From an uncultured Alphaproteobacteria bacterium (lineage in GTDB: Bacteria; Pseudomonadota; Alphaproteobacteria; Sphingomonadales; Sphingomonadaceae), in contig CAWJNY010000007.1 in assembly GCA_963844355.1 (NCBI GenBank), positions 498,730-562,729 of the forward strand: a stretch of 64,000 bases of DNA, read 5' to 3'. The notes below the pieces were generated by a model, which worked only from the letters and a program-made list of their open reading frames with translations, did not search any database and was not told the DNA's origin. Position numbers and translations under genes: made by a program. This document shows, piece by piece, positions 36,532 to 56,767 of the stretch (its first letter is position 1; every line of letters begins with the position of its first letter).

Positions 36532-37532
36532 CCGCCGGTGATTAGCATGATCTTGCCGATGTGGTCACCCGCTTCCATCCGAGCGTGCGCCGCTGATGCT
36601 TGTTCCAGCGGAAAGCTCTCATCCATCACCGGCTTGAGCCGGTTCCCCTCGACATAGGGCCACACGGTCTGCGCTATTTCGTCCCGGACCATGGATTTGA
36701 ACGCCAGTTCACGCGCTCGCAAGGTAGATCCGGTCAAGGTCAGCCGGCGGCGCATCATGTCGGGGATTGGAATTTGCGCGGTCGCGCCGCGCTGGAAGGC
36801 GATCGAGACATGGCGGCCGTCGTCGGCCAGGCAGGCGAGATTCTTGGGTACATAGTCCCCGCCGACCATATCCAGCACCACCGCAACGCCTCTGCCCTCG
36901 GTCCAGCGTTGGACCGCATCGACGAAGTCTGCGGTCTGGTAATTGATCGCATGGGCCGCTCCCAGCTCGATCGCTGCGGCGCATTTCTCGTTCGAGCCGC
37001 AGGTAACGATCACCTCCAGCCCGAACAGACTGCCGAGCTTGATCGCCATGGTGCCAATGCCGCTGGTGCCGCCATGAACCAATACCGTGTCGCCCTCGGC
37101 GGCAAATCCGCGTTCGAACAGGTTGATCCACACGGTGAACAGGGTCTCGGGCATCGCCGCGGCCTCGGTTATCCGAAGCACCTCTGGTACCGGGAGGCAA
37201 GTCCCGGAGGGAGCGAGGCAATATTCGGCATAGCCGCCGCCCGTGACCAGCGCACATTGGCGGGAGCCGATCAAATGCGTCGCCCCCTGCCCCGCAGCGA
37301 CAACGGTTCCAGCAATCTCGAGACCGGGGATGTCGCTTGCCCCGGCCGGCGGCGGATAGAGCCCCTTGCGCTGCAGCACATCGGGCCGGTTCACCCCGGC
37401 GGCGGCGACCCTGACCAGCACTTCACCCTTCCCCGGCCTGGGTGTCGGACGCGAGGCGATACGGAGTTGCTCGGGTCCGCCTGGCGCGGCGATCTCCACC
37501 GCGCGCATCACGTCCGGGATAATTTCACTCAT
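36528..37532 (-). CDS. NAD(P)H-quinone oxidoreductase (PIG3/MDR family)
   Basis: AAGVNRPDVLQRKG.YPPP, PGLE, HGGTSGIGT. Confidence 0.93.
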   Translation of the reverse strand: MSEIIPDVMRAVEIAAPGGPEQLRIASRPTPRPGKGEVLVRVAAAGVNRPDVLQRKGLYPPPAGASDIPGLEIAGTVVAAGQGATHLIGSRQCALVTGGGYAEYCLAPSGTCLPVPEVLRITEAAAMPETLFTVWINLFERGFAAEGDTVLVHGGTSGIGTMAIKLGSLFGLEVIVTCGSNEKCAAAIELGAAHAINYQTADFVDAVQRWTEGRGVAVVLDMVGGDYVPKNLACLADDGRHVSIAFQRGATAQIPIPDMMRRRLTLTGSTLRARELAFKSMVRDEIAQTVWPYVEGNRLKPVMDESFPLEQASAAHARMEAGDHIGKIMLITGG

Positions 37533-37598
37533 CTAGCCCCCTACCCAGCTGCTCGCAGACTTATTGACATGCCGTGAGCATGGGTCAACGATTCCGCA

Positions 37599-37796
37599 AT
37601 GGACGAGGAAGACTTCTTTTCCAGCAAGCCGCAGGACCCGCTGACCCTGCTCACCAAGCAGGATTTGGCGCCCCTGTCGGTCGACGAGCTGCAGTTTAGG
37701 ATCGAGACGCTGAGGGCGGAGATCGCCCGGGTCGAGGCACATATCTCGACTGTTACGGCCCACCGCTCTGCGGCGGAGCAGCTATTCAAGAAGTAG
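37599..37796 (+). CDS. DUF1192 family protein
   Basis: DLAPLSVDEL..RI..L.AEI.R...AAEQLFK. Confidence 0.88.
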   Translation: MDEEDFFSSKPQDPLTLLTKQDLAPLSVDELQFRIETLRAEIARVEAHISTVTAHRSAAEQLFKK

Positions 37797-37927
37797 TTGC
37801 GTCGAGGGCACGGCCTGCGACGAACCGCTGCCCGGGCAAGCTCCTTCCCCCTTGATTGCGCCGCGCAACGCGACGACATTGGGAATCGAGCCCGCCGGCT
37901 CCCCGGTGGGCATGGAGTAGTCCATAA

Positions 37928-40274
<2,347 letters not shown>

Positions 40275-40330
40275 GCCTCGAGCACGTCCCGCCCTTGATG
40301 GTCACTGGCTCTCAGAGCCACCGGCATGAA

Positions 40331-41550
40331 TCAGGTTGCGCGGAATCGGCTGCCCCGGCTTGAATTCGGCCGCTTCCTCCGAACCTCGGTGGCGTTGCCC
40401 TCGCTATAGCTGTGCGCCCCGGCGCCGGCGAGTTTGCCGCCGTCGACGATCAGATATTCCTCGCGGATCGGCCGGCCTTCGAGGAAGCATTCGAGGATCT
40501 CGCGCGTCCCGGCCGCATAGCGCGCCTGCGCCGACAGCGTCGTGCCGGAAATGTGCGGCGTCATGCCGTGGTTCGGCATGGTCCGCCACGGATGGTCGCG
40601 CGGCGCCGGCTGCGGGAACCAGACGTCGCCGGCATATCCCGCCAGCTGCCCGCTTTCGAGCGCCGCGGCGACCGCGTCACGGTTGGCGATCTTGCCGCGC
40701 GCCGTGTTCACCAGATAGGCGCCGCGCTTCATCCGCGCGATCATCGCCTCGTCGAACAGGTTTTCGGTCTCCGGATGGAGCGGGCAGTTGATCGTCACCA
40801 CGTCGCAATGCGGCACCATGTCGGCGGCGGATTCGTGGAAAGTCACGCCCAGCTCGGCCTCGACCTCGGCCGGCAGCCGATGCCGGTCGGTATAATGGAG
40901 ATGGACGTCGAACGGCTTCAGTCGCCGCAGCACCGCCGAGCCGATCCGGCCGGCCGCGACTGTGCCGACATGCATGCCCTCGATGTCGTAGGAGCGCGCG
41001 GCGCAATCGGCGATGTTCCATCCGCCGGCCTTCACCAGGTCCCACGACTGAAGATAATTTCGGGCCAGCGACAGGATCATCATCACCACATGTTCGGCAA
41101 CGCTGATCGAGTTGCAGTAGGTTACCTCGGCAACGGTGATGCCGCGCTCGATCGCGGCCTGCAGGTCGACATGGTCGGAACCGATGCCGGCGGTGATCGC
41201 AATCTTGAGGTTCTTCGCCTTGGCGATCCGGTCGGCGGTCAGATAGGCCGGCCAGAAGGGTTGCGAGATGACGACGTCGGCGTCGACCAACTCCCGCTCG
41301 AAGTCGGAATGCGGGCCGTCCTTGTCGGACGTGACGACCAGTTCGTGCCCCGCCGTTTCCAGAAAGCTGCGAAGCCCAAGTTCGCCGCCGACGCTGCCCA
41401 GCAACTGGCCGGGCCGAAAATCGATTGCGCTTGGCGTCGGCAGGGTCTGCCCGTCGGGATAGCGCTCGATGTGCGGCAGGTCGTCGCGCGGATAGCTGTC
41501 GGATAGCCGTCGACCGGATCGTCGTAGAGCACGCAGAGGATCTTCGCCAT
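40331..41550 (-). CDS. fdh: NAD-dependent formate dehydrogenase (frameshifts near both ends)
   Basis: MAKILCVLYDDP, ISQPFWPAYLT, AAGRIG, YTDRHRL, GDVWFPQPAP, MTPHISG. Confidence 0.95.
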
Positions 41551-41733
41551 GGAGTGCCTTTCCTTGGGTGTGGGCACGCGGGACGCCCGGCCCTTCGGCC
41601 GGAATTGGCGCCGATTTCTTAGCAGCATCGACCCGCTTCGACACGGTCAATTTGCACTCGCCGCAGGCTCGCCGAAAAGCCGCTTGTATGACGCCGATGT
41701 TCTGCTTTGCTGCGAGCCAACAAGGAGGACCGC

Positions 41734-43811
<2,078 letters not shown>

Positions 43812-43943
43812 GCGGTTCTGCGCACGTCGACGGCTTGCAGGTGAACAATCGAGCCGTTCGACGAACGGCGGTTTGCGCTGCTTGACGAGCACCAATTAGG
43901 CGACCAAGTTCCGCGCCAATCCGATCCAGTCAGGAGTCATCCA

Positions 43944-45670
<1,727 letters not shown>

Positions 45671-45673
45671 CCC

Positions 45674-46186
45674 TTGACCGAAACGTTGCAGCCGGCGCTC
45701 CCGCAAGAGCTCGACCGAAAGGCCGAACAGGCGATGCGCCGGCTGTGCGACAAACAATTGACGGTCACCACCGCCGAAAGCTGCACTGGCGGAATGCTGG
45801 CCTCGCTGCTGACGGATATCGAAGGCTGCGGCCACGGATTCGACCGCGGCTTCGTTACCTATTCGGCCGAGGCGAAGCAGGAATTGCTGGGCCTGCCGCC
45901 GGCACTTACCGACTGTAATGATGCCGTCAACGCGGACGTGGCAAGAGCCATGGCAGAGGGGGCGTTGTCGCGCTGCAATGCCGACATCGCGCTTTCGGTA
46001 ACCGGCTTCGCCGGGCCATCCAGGAAGCAGCATGAAGAAGGGCTGGTCTATATGGCCTGCGCGCGGCGGGACGGCGAAACGAGGATTGAAGAGCGCCATT
46101 TCGGCGCGATCGGCCGCGGGCCGGTCCGCATCGAGGCACTAAAAGTGCTGGTCGATATGTTGTGCCGGGCAATCGACGAGGCCTAG
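45674..46186 (+). CDS. CinA/PncC family protein
   Basis: TAESCTGG, GFVTYS, AMAEGAL, SVTGFAGP. Confidence 0.92.
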   Translation: MTETLQPALPQELDRKAEQAMRRLCDKQLTVTTAESCTGGMLASLLTDIEGCGHGFDRGFVTYSAEAKQELLGLPPALTDCNDAVNADVARAMAEGALSRCNADIALSVTGFAGPSRKQHEEGLVYMACARRDGETRIEERHFGAIGRGPVRIEALKVLVDMLCRAIDEA

Positions 46187-46244
46187 GTTCACGCCGATCT
46201 AATTTTGTTCGATCTCCCATGACGGGACGAAAAGGGGAATGAAA

Positions 46245-46875
46245 ATGGCAGGCCGACATCATTTTCTACCACAACCCGATGAGCCGCGGGCAAATCGTCC
46301 GCTGGATGCTCGAGGAGGTCGGCGCGACCTACGACACCGAGATTCTCGACTATGGGTCGAGCATGAAGGGCGAGGAATATCGCGCGGTCAATCCGATGAT
46401 GAAAGTGCCGGCGATCAGCCACGACGGCCGCATTGTCACCGAGTGCGCTGCCATCTGCGCCTACCTCGCCGACGTCTTTCCCGAGGCTGGCCTGGCCCCG
46501 CGCGAGGAGGAAAAGGCCGACTATTACCGCTGGCTGTTCTTCGCCGCAGGCCCGCTCGAGCAGGCGGTGACCAACAATTTCGCCGGATTCAAGGCCAAGG
46601 AAGAGCAGCAGCGAATGTTCGGCTATGGTCACTACGACCTGGCGGTGAACACACTCTCCGATCATCTCGCCAAGCAGGACTATGTTTGCGGTTCGCGGTT
46701 CAATGCCGCGGACGTCTATGTCGGCAGCGCGGTTTTGTGGGGGACCCAGTTCGGCACTCTGCCCAAGCTTGATAGTTTCATGGCCTATGGCGAGCGCGTC
46801 AGCCGGCGCGAAGCCTACAAACGCGGCAAGGACGAAGACAATCAGCTCATCGCGGAGATTCAGGCCGCGGGATAA
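46245..46875 (+). CDS. Glutathione S-transferase family protein
   Basis: FYHNPMSRGQIVRWMLEE, NPMMKVP, ECAAICAYLAD; apparent indel just after the start. Confidence 0.92.
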
Positions 46876-46889
46876 CAGGAGGAAGCGCC

Positions 46890-47756
46890 ATGGACGCGGG
46901 GAAACTCCAACAGGCGATCGAACTCTACGACCGCTTCACGCATGACGGCATGGACCGGCGCGATTTCTTCGCGCGGATGACGCTGATCGCCGGAAGCGCC
47001 GCAGCCGCTACAGGCCTGATCGCTTCCATTGCCGCCGCACCCGCCGCCGCGGCCATCGTACCGCCCGACGACCCACGCCTCACCACCCGGACAATGACCT
47101 TCGACAGTCCGGCCGGCTACAAGGCCTATGTGGCCGAGCCACGCACTCGTTCGCTGAAAGCAACGGTGCTGGTGGTCCACGAGAACCGCGGCCTGAACGA
47201 CCATATCCGCGACGTCGCGCGGCGGATCGCGCTCGAAGGGTTTCGTGCGGTGGCCCCGGATTTCCTGTCGCTTTCCGGCGGCACCCCGGCGAACGAAGAC
47301 ACCGCCCGCGACGCCATCGGCAAGCTGGACCTCGCCAAGGTCACTGCCGATGCGGTGACCATGCTCGATGCGCTTTCCAGGTCGAGCCGGAGCGGCAAGG
47401 TCGGCGCGGTCGGCTTCTGCTGGGGCGGCGCCTTCGTCAACCGGCTGGCGGTCGCGGCGGGCGGCAAGCTGGACGCGGGCGTGGTCTACTACGGCCCTGC
47501 TCCGGATCCGTCGGAAGCGGGCAAGGTCCAGGCACCGCTGTTGATCCATCATGCGGGGACCGACGCGCGCGTGGCGACGACCCTCTTTCCCTGGGTCGCC
47601 GCCTTACGTGCCGCTGGCAAGCCGGTCACCTACCAAGGATATGATGGCGCTCATCACGCCTTCAACAACGACACTTCGGCCGAGCGCTACAACAAGCAGG
47701 CCGCCGAGCTCGCTTGGGGACGGACCATCCGCTTTTTCAAGCAGCATCTTGGGTAA
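46890..47756 (+). CDS. Dienelactone hydrolase family protein (YghX-like)
   Basis: LYDRFTH..MDRRDF, HENRGLN, GFCWGG, HAFNND. Confidence 0.93.
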   Translation: MDAGKLQQAIELYDRFTHDGMDRRDFFARMTLIAGSAAAATGLIASIAAAPAAAAIVPPDDPRLTTRTMTFDSPAGYKAYVAEPRTRSLKATVLVVHENRGLNDHIRDVARRIALEGFRAVAPDFLSLSGGTPANEDTARDAIGKLDLAKVTADAVTMLDALSRSSRSGKVGAVGFCWGGAFVNRLAVAAGGKLDAGVVYYGPAPDPSEAGKVQAPLLIHHAGTDARVATTLFPWVAALRAAGKPVTYQGYDGAHHAFNNDTSAERYNKQAAELAWGRTIRFFKQHLG

Positions 47757-47760
47757 ATGC

Positions 47761-48102
47761 ATGAAACAGGTTCGACTTATCGTTTTACCGGCCGCCGCTT
47801 TGCTGCTGAGCGGTTGCGTAGCCGGCATGGTGGCAGGCGCCGTCGGCATGGCCGCAGACAGCGGACGGGGAAGTGGAAAGCCACGAAACAATGAATTCAT
47901 GCAGGCGGCGGCAAGGCAGACCTGCAGCGCCCACGCCTCGCAATATGGCACGGTGCAAGTCGTCGACGTTAAGCAGGCGGATTCCGAGGAAATCCTGGTC
48001 TCCGGCACTGTCGCGGACGCTAACGGCACGAATTCGTTCGAATGCAGCTTCGTGACGGAGATCACTGGCTTTAAGCTGCGACGAATCCAGCCCGGAACCT
48101 GA
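47761..48102 (+). CDS. Hypothetical lipoprotein
   Basis: Lipobox LLLSGC; paired Cys. Confidence 0.65.
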   Translation: MKQVRLIVLPAAALLLSGCVAGMVAGAVGMAADSGRGSGKPRNNEFMQAAARQTCSAHASQYGTVQVVDVKQADSEEILVSGTVADANGTNSFECSFVTEITGFKLRRIQPGT

Positions 48103-48111
48103 GCGCTTGAT

Positions 48112-48151
48112 AAGGAAAAGGGCCGGCGGATCGCTCCGCCGGCCCTTCCTT
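48112..48151. terminator. Intrinsic terminator between convergent genes
   Basis: AAGG-AA-AAGGGCCGGCGGA-tcgc-TCCGCCGGCCCTT-CCTT hairpin. Confidence 0.8.
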
Positions 48152-48169
48152 GTCAGACTGGCTCCAAGC

Positions 48170-48910
48170 CTATTCCCGGCTGCCCATGAAGCTGAGCAGG
48201 AACTGGAACATGTTGATGAAGTCCAGGTAGAGGTTCAGCGCCCCCATGATCACGACCTTGCCCATCATGTCGGTGCCCGCGACATAGTCGTACATCGACT
48301 TGATTTTCTGCGTGTCATAGGCGGTGAGCCCCGCGAACAGCAGGACGCCGATGGCGCTTATCGCCAGGTGCATCGCGGTCGACTGCAGGAAGATGTTGAT
48401 GATCATCGCCACCAGCAGGCCGACCACGCCCATGATCAGGAAGGTGCCCCAGCCGCTGAGATCCTTCTTGGTGGTATAGCCCCACAGGCTGAGCGCCAGG
48501 AACGACACCGCCACTGCGAAGAAGGTCTGGGCGATGGATACGCCGGTGAAGACCATGAAGATGGTCGACATCGACAGGCCCATCACCGTGGCGAACGCCC
48601 AGAACAGCAGGTTGAGCGTCGCCGTGCTCATCCGGTTGAAGCCGAAGCTCATCGCCATGACGAAGCCTAGCGGCGCCAGGATGATCAGCCAGCGAAGCGG
48701 GCCGCCTCCCAGCATGATGCTCTGGCCGATCGAACTGCCGGCGAACAGCATCGCGACGATGCCCGTAAGCAGCACGCCCGATGCCATGTAGTTGTAAACC
48801 TTGAGCATGTAGGACCGCAGGCCCGCATCGCGTACGGCGCGGGGGACGCCGACCGATACAGTCGGATCAAATCCGCCTGTCGTCGTGCGCGGGTCAAATT
48901 GGTTCTGCAT
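48170..48910 (-). CDS. Bax inhibitor-1/YccA family membrane protein
   Basis: DAGLRSYMLKVYNYM, GYTTKKDLS, TAYDTQKIK, LYLDFINMF. Confidence 0.95.
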   Translation of the reverse strand: MQNQFDPRTTTGGFDPTVSVGVPRAVRDAGLRSYMLKVYNYMASGVLLTGIVAMLFAGSSIGQSIMLGGGPLRWLIILAPLGFVMAMSFGFNRMSTATLNLLFWAFATVMGLSMSTIFMVFTGVSIAQTFFAVAVSFLALSLWGYTTKKDLSGWGTFLIMGVVGLLVAMIINIFLQSTAMHLAISAIGVLLFAGLTAYDTQKIKSMYDYVAGTDMMGKVVIMGALNLYLDFINMFQFLLSFMGSRE

Positions 48911-48952
48911 TTCCACTCCTTGGCTGAGGGCAATAGGCCCTCATAGCTCCCA

Positions 48953-48983
48953 ATATATCGTGGTTGTTCGCTTCCTGTTCAAG
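48953..48983 (-). promoter_or_regulatory. RpoH-like promoter for the BI-1/YccA gene
   Basis: Minus strand CTTGAA-N17-CGATATAT. Confidence 0.45.
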
Positions 48984-48998
48984 CAAAACACGACAATC

Positions 48999-49068
48999 GC
49001 GTTGCGAGGAGCCGCAAACGGGTCACGCGGCCATCCAGGTTGGATGGCTTCGCTTCGCTCGCGATGAC
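48999..49068. repeat. Degenerate palindromic REP-like element
   Basis: GCGTTGCGAG...ccATCCA-ggt-TGGATggCTTCGCTTCGCTCGCGATGAC, resembling alphaproteobacterial GTCATTGCGAG/CTCGCAATGAC repeats. Confidence 0.55.
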
Positions 49069-49077
49069 CGGTAGAGC

Positions 49078-49613
49078 ATGCCGATGCACAGGCTGTTCGT
49101 CGCCATCCGCCCGCCGGAAACCATTCGAGGACGGCTGCTCGACCTGATGGAAGGACTGCCCGACCTGCGTTGGCAGCATGAGGAGCAACTGCATCTGACC
49201 CTGCGCTTCATCGGGGAAGTCGAACGGCCGGTTGGCGAGGATCTGGCCGCTGCGTTGGCGCGTATCCGCTGCGAGAAGTTTGCGATCGCCCTGAACGGTG
49301 TCGGCAGGTTTGAAAAGCATCGCCACGGCGCGCTTTGGGCCGGGGTTCGGCCGAAGGAGCAGCTCAAAGCCCTCAATGCAAAGGTCGAGCGCGCCTGCCA
49401 GTCGGCCATGCTGGAGCCCGAGCGGCGCGCCTTTCATCCCCATATCACGCTTGCGCGCTGGAAAGGCCGCGCTCCCGGCGTCGACCATTTTCTCGCGCGG
49501 CATGGCGGCCTTTCCTCGAGAATTGGGAGGTCGGCGAGTTCATCCTTTACGAAAGCCGCCTCGGCCGCGGCGGCGCGCATTACGAGCCGATGGAGCGATA
49601 CGCGCTAGGTTAG
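49078..49613 (+). CDS. thpR: RNA 2',3'-cyclic phosphodiesterase (frameshift ~49520)
   Basis: RLFVAI, HLTLRFIG and FHPHITLAR 2H motifs. Confidence 0.92.
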
Positions 49614-51306
49614 TGACACCGCCCTGCCCCCGGCCCCTTGACGAACCGGCCCGGCAGTCGCGCCGGTATGCTCGCCGTCGCGCAGCACCGGCACGCCGTT
49701 GACGAAGCACATGGCGCATGCCGACCGCATATTGCTGCGGCTTGGCGAAGGTCGCGCTGTCGGCGATCGTCGCCGGATCGAAGATGGCGATGTCGGCGAT
49801 AATGGCCGGGCTTCAGCGCGCCGCGGTCCTTGATGCCCGAGATTGGCGGCCGGGAAGGAGGTCATCCGCCGCACCGCCTCCGCCAGCGGCACCCGCTTCT
49901 CGTCGCGGACATATTTGCCGAGCAGCCGCGCGAAATTGCCATAGGCGCGCGGGTGGGTGCTCGATTTCAGGAACACGCCTTCGGGCGCCTGCGCCGCCGC
50001 GTCGGAGCCGAAGCTCATCCAGGCAGCGCCACTTCGCGCGCGACATTGTCCTCGCTCATCGCCGAAATAGACGACCTGGATGCGGCTGTTGTCGGCGACG
50101 ATCAGGTCGGCGATCACCTCCTCGGGCGGCTTGCCGCGCTCCCGCGCGACGTCTCCGAGGGTCCTGCCGGTCAGCGGCTTCAGCGCCTCGGTCTTGAAGC
50201 CGAGCAGGATCACCTTGTCCGGCTCCTGCACCGCCAGCTTGGTGTTCTCCGACGCCTCGGGCTGCGCATCTCGGCCAGCGCCCGCGCCCGCTGCGCCGGG
50301 TCCTTCAGCCTGCTCGACCCAGGCCTCGATCCCGCCTGCCTGGACCCACAGCGGCATGGCCGCGTCGAAGCCGGTCGAGCTCGCCGGATAGGTGTACATG
50401 TCGGCGGTGATGCGCAGGCCCGCGCGCCCGCGCCGCCTCGACCCGGGCGATCGCCGCGTCGATCTTGTGCCAATTGTCGCGGCCCGACTGCTTGAAATGA
50501 TAGATTTCGGCCGGCGCGCCGGACTTCTCCGGAATCTCGACCAGCTCGTCGATCGCCTCGAGCAGCTTCGGGCCCTTCGTCGCGGATATGGCTGATATAC
50601 ATGCCGCCGCAGCGGCCCGCCTCGCTCGCCAGCGCGATCAGCTCGGGCGTCTCGGCGAAATTGGCGGGCGCGTAGATCAGCGAGGAGCCGACGCCCATCG
50701 CGCCCTCGTCCATCGCCTGGCGCACCAGCGCGCGCATCCGCTGCGAGCTGTGCCGGGGTCGGGTCGACGTCGCCCTCGCCCAGCTCGTGCACGCGGACCG
50801 TGGTCGCGCCGACGAAGCTGGCGACGTTGGGCGAGACGCCCTTCTTCTCGAGATAAGCCAGATATTCGCCCAAGGCTGGTCCAGTCGATGCGATACTTGA
50901 TGTCGCCCTGCCGCTGGCGCCTCATTGGCCTTCATCGTGGCGTTCAGCGGACCCATCGACTCGCCCTCGCCCATCACCTCCAGCGTCACGCCCTGGCGGA
51001 TGTCGCTCTGCCCGCGCCCGTCGGCGATCAGGCATCTCGGTCGCCCAGCTCAGCATGTTGATGAAGCCCGGAGCGACGGCGAGGCCGGCGGCGTCGATCC
51101 GCCGCGTGGCGCGAGCCCTGGCAGGCCCCAACACAGACGATCCGGTCGCCCTGGATCGCGACATCGCCGGCGTAGCGCGCGCCGCCGCTGCCGTCATAGA
51201 TGGTGCCGCCGCGAATGACGGTGTCGTAGCTGGCCGTTGGCGTCACTGAGGCGCAGGAAGCAAGAAGCGCGCTCAGCAGGAGCAGTACCGACCTTCCTTG
51301 TTGCAC
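49605..51306 (-). CDS. N-acyl-D-amino-acid deacylase family protein (many frameshifts)
   Basis: IRGGTIYDGSG, APGFINMLSWA, YISHIRDEG, ADMYTYPA, GSDA, HPRAYGNFAR. Confidence 0.9.
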
Positions 51307-51319
51307 GCGACCTCCCTCG

Positions 51320-52144
51320 TTAGCGCGGCATTTCCCAGCGAATGCGTTGAAACCCGATGCTTGCAACACGTTCGCCGGTCTTGGTCTTCGCCGGCTGGTA
51401 ACGGGCGCGGCGCACGATGATCGCGCAGGTTTGCGCGTCCAGCACCGCGCTACCGCTCGGCTCGGCCACTCGGCAATCGCTCACCCGCCCATCCGTTCCG
51501 ATCCGAAAATAAACGCCTGCAGTACCTTGCTGCCGCCCCCTGATCGCCGAGCTAGGATAGTCGTTTGTGCTGAAAATCATGACTAGGTTTGGATGAAATG
51601 CCGGTGATGCGATCGAATCCAGCACAAGCGGATCCATGCCCCAGCTGATCAGCAATTCCCGCTCGCATTTTTGGAGCGCCTGCATCGCCCCACCGATGTT
51701 CCCCAGCTTGAAGTTTAGGGTCAACTTGCCTGCTAAAACGTGAAGTTGCTTGGCGGCGGCAAGTTCGCCGATTTCCGACTTCTTCGTGTCGATCTGGACA
51801 AGCTGCATTCCCTTGATAGAAATCGGTCCCCTGCCGAAGGGGGCCAGCACAGGAATCCCGTCGTCGAGCGCCAAGTTTGCCGCGCCGAACGTGTATTTCT
51901 TGCCAGGATCGGACAGCCACAGCGCCACACGTACATGGTCGCTCATCGGTCCGGGCCGGAAGCCGAGCGTAATTTGCTGGTCACCGGTCCCAAACTTGCG
52001 GCCGACAATGCACATGGAGTTCTGCATGTTCGACCGTCCATGGACCGCTCGGCTCAAGCGCCGGCGGATTGGCTGGAACGGACTGGACGGCAAGTGCGGC
52101 AGATGCGGCCGCGAAAGCGAAACTGGACCCCATCGACGATGCAT
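51320..52144 (-). CDS. TonB C-terminal domain protein (frameshifted N-terminus)
   Basis: DYPSSAIR...GT...F.IG.DGRVSDC.V..SG...LD.QTC; start uncertain. Confidence 0.75.
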   Translation of the reverse strand: MHRRWGPVSLSRPHLPHLPSSPFQPIRRRLSRAVHGRSNMQNSMCIVGRKFGTGDQQITLGFRPGPMSDHVRVALWLSDPGKKYTFGAANLALDDGIPVLAPFGRGPISIKGMQLVQIDTKKSEIGELAAAKQLHVLAGKLTLNFKLGNIGGAMQALQKCERELLISWGMDPLVLDSIASPAFHPNLVMIFSTNDYPSSAIRGRQQGTAGVYFRIGTDGRVSDCRVAEPSGSAVLDAQTCAIIVRRARYQPAKTKTGERVASIGFQRIRWEMPR

Positions 52145-52243
52145 GACATCGCCGATAGCTGGCCGCAAGCGCCTTGCGTTCCCCGCGCCAGAACCCATAT
52201 CGCCCTGCCCGCGTTGACCGCGGCCGCAAGCCTCAGTAAACAA

Positions 52244-52258
52244 GAACAAATCTGGAAC
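52244..52258. promoter_or_regulatory. LexA (SOS) box, alphaproteobacterial type
   Basis: GAAC-aaatctg-GAAC (GAAC-N7-GAAC), 12 bp upstream of the uvrA start. Confidence 0.85.
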
Positions 52259-52270
52259 AAACGGCCGCAC

Positions 52271-55287
<3,017 letters not shown>

Positions 55288-55373
55288 CACGAGAGAACTT
55301 CTACTAAGAGTTCCTGCCTATTCGCTGCCATCGCCCAGATTCGTCTCCGCACGCTTTAGCTGGTCCACGACCC

Positions 55374-55942
55374 CTAACCCCCTCGCCCCCTCCTTCGAAA
55401 TTCCCGCGCCTTGGCGCGGTTGCCGCAGCCTTGCATCGAGCACCACCTCCTCGCGCCTGAGCGTGAAAGGTCGAGGAACAATATCGCGCAGCCCTGTCCG
55501 TCGCACCGCCGGATGCGTTCCGCTCGGCGGTTCCAAGCAGCTCGACACCCAGGCCCGCGATCGTCGCCAGATATTCCCTCGCGTTGCCCTCCATCACCAG
55601 CTGCCCGGACATTGAGAGCCTTGGCCGGGCATCAGGCAGGGCCGCGACCGCGTTCAGCGTGTCGCGCGCGGCGCTCGACGGCCGCCCCGTCGCCAACGCG
55701 TAGATGGCCTCCCGCAGCTTGCGCGCCATCTCGACATCGTCCTGGGTCGTTCGGTTAGTGGACCCGGCCAGGCCCGAGCTGACCAGCCATCGGTCGAGAT
55801 CGGCCGGCGTCTCGAGCAACTCTCGCGGCTCCTCCTTGAGCCGGCCGGCGAGCGTCGCGCAGAGGTCAAGCGCGAGGTGGCCGCCCCGAAAGCGGAAACC
55901 GCCACGATCCTCGGAAACCGCCTCTTTGCCCTGACTATCCAT
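55374..55942 (-). CDS. ABATE + CGNR zinc-finger protein (frameshifted)
   Basis: GGHLALDLCAT, LREAIY; C-terminal RRCDG.GC..LFLD.SR...RRWCSM.GCGNRAK spread across frames. Confidence 0.88.
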
Positions 55943-55979
55943 CCATTCCTACATTGACAGTTTATCCGGGTGGCATCTA

Positions 55980-56000
55980 GTAACCCCTTTATATGGTTAC
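55980..56000. promoter_or_regulatory. Palindromic operator candidate
   Basis: Perfect GTAACC-N9-GGTTAC in the divergent intergenic region. Confidence 0.6.
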
Positions 56001-56018
56001 GACTCGAAAAGCACGCCC

Positions 56019-56150
56019 ATGATCGACGAGTGGTACGACCGGGCCCACCGCGAAGGCCGGGCCGATCTGAACGCCGGCCTGGCCCGGCTGTTCGATGCGA
56101 TCGCCCTCCGCGTTCTGAATACCCAATTTCGTCAAAGCAGGAGAAACGCC
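56019..56150 (+). CDS. Small protein homologous to 1187-1360, reading in frame into the downstream gene
   Basis: MIDEWYDRAHREGRADLNAGLARLF..ALRVL.TQF aligns with MRDEIFDRDYQAGRDALHDGIDRF..ALKVL..IQF. Confidence 0.55.
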
Positions 56151-56655
56151 ATGCGTGCCCTATTCCTCGCCTCCCTTGCCGCTGCCGCGTTGGCGCTGAC
56201 GGGTGCTGCGGCCCCGCCCTCGCCCGAACCACTCTCGCTCGCCGGGACATGGGTGATGGAATCCGCCTACGAAATCCGCGGCGACGGCACCCGCACAACC
56301 AATTACGGTGAACATCCCAAGGGGCTGATGGTGGTCGATGGCGCCGGCCGCTACTCGATCCAGATTTACCGGCCCGATCGCGCGAACTTCGCCTCGGGCG
56401 TGAAAGCACAGGGTCTGCCTGAGGAATATCGCTTGGCCGTGCTCGGCTCGAGCACCCACTTCGGCCGGGTTACGGTTGACGCAGCCGCAAAGCAGCTGCT
56501 GTTCGACGTCGAGGCCTCGTCCTTCCCCAACTGGGAGGGCATCCGCCAGGTCCGCAACTACGGCTATGCCGAAGGCACGTTGACCTATGCGGTGCCGGCT
56601 AGCGCCTCGGGCAACGGCACCGTCGCTTATTCCGGTGTGGCGACGGGCCCGTTAG
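56151..56655 (+). CDS. Lipocalin-like domain protein, secreted
   Basis: AGGAG RBS, signal peptide, LAGTW, YGEHPKGL, SFPNWEG; likely end VWRRAR* via a late indel. Confidence 0.85.
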
Positions 56656-56767
56656 CCAGCTCGGCGAAGACAACGCCAGGCCTGCGCGGGGGCACCGCTA
56701 ATCCAGGGCGAGGATTAAGCCGTTAACGGCGGCGCTCAGGGGTAGGATTATGACACGACTGTTAGCC

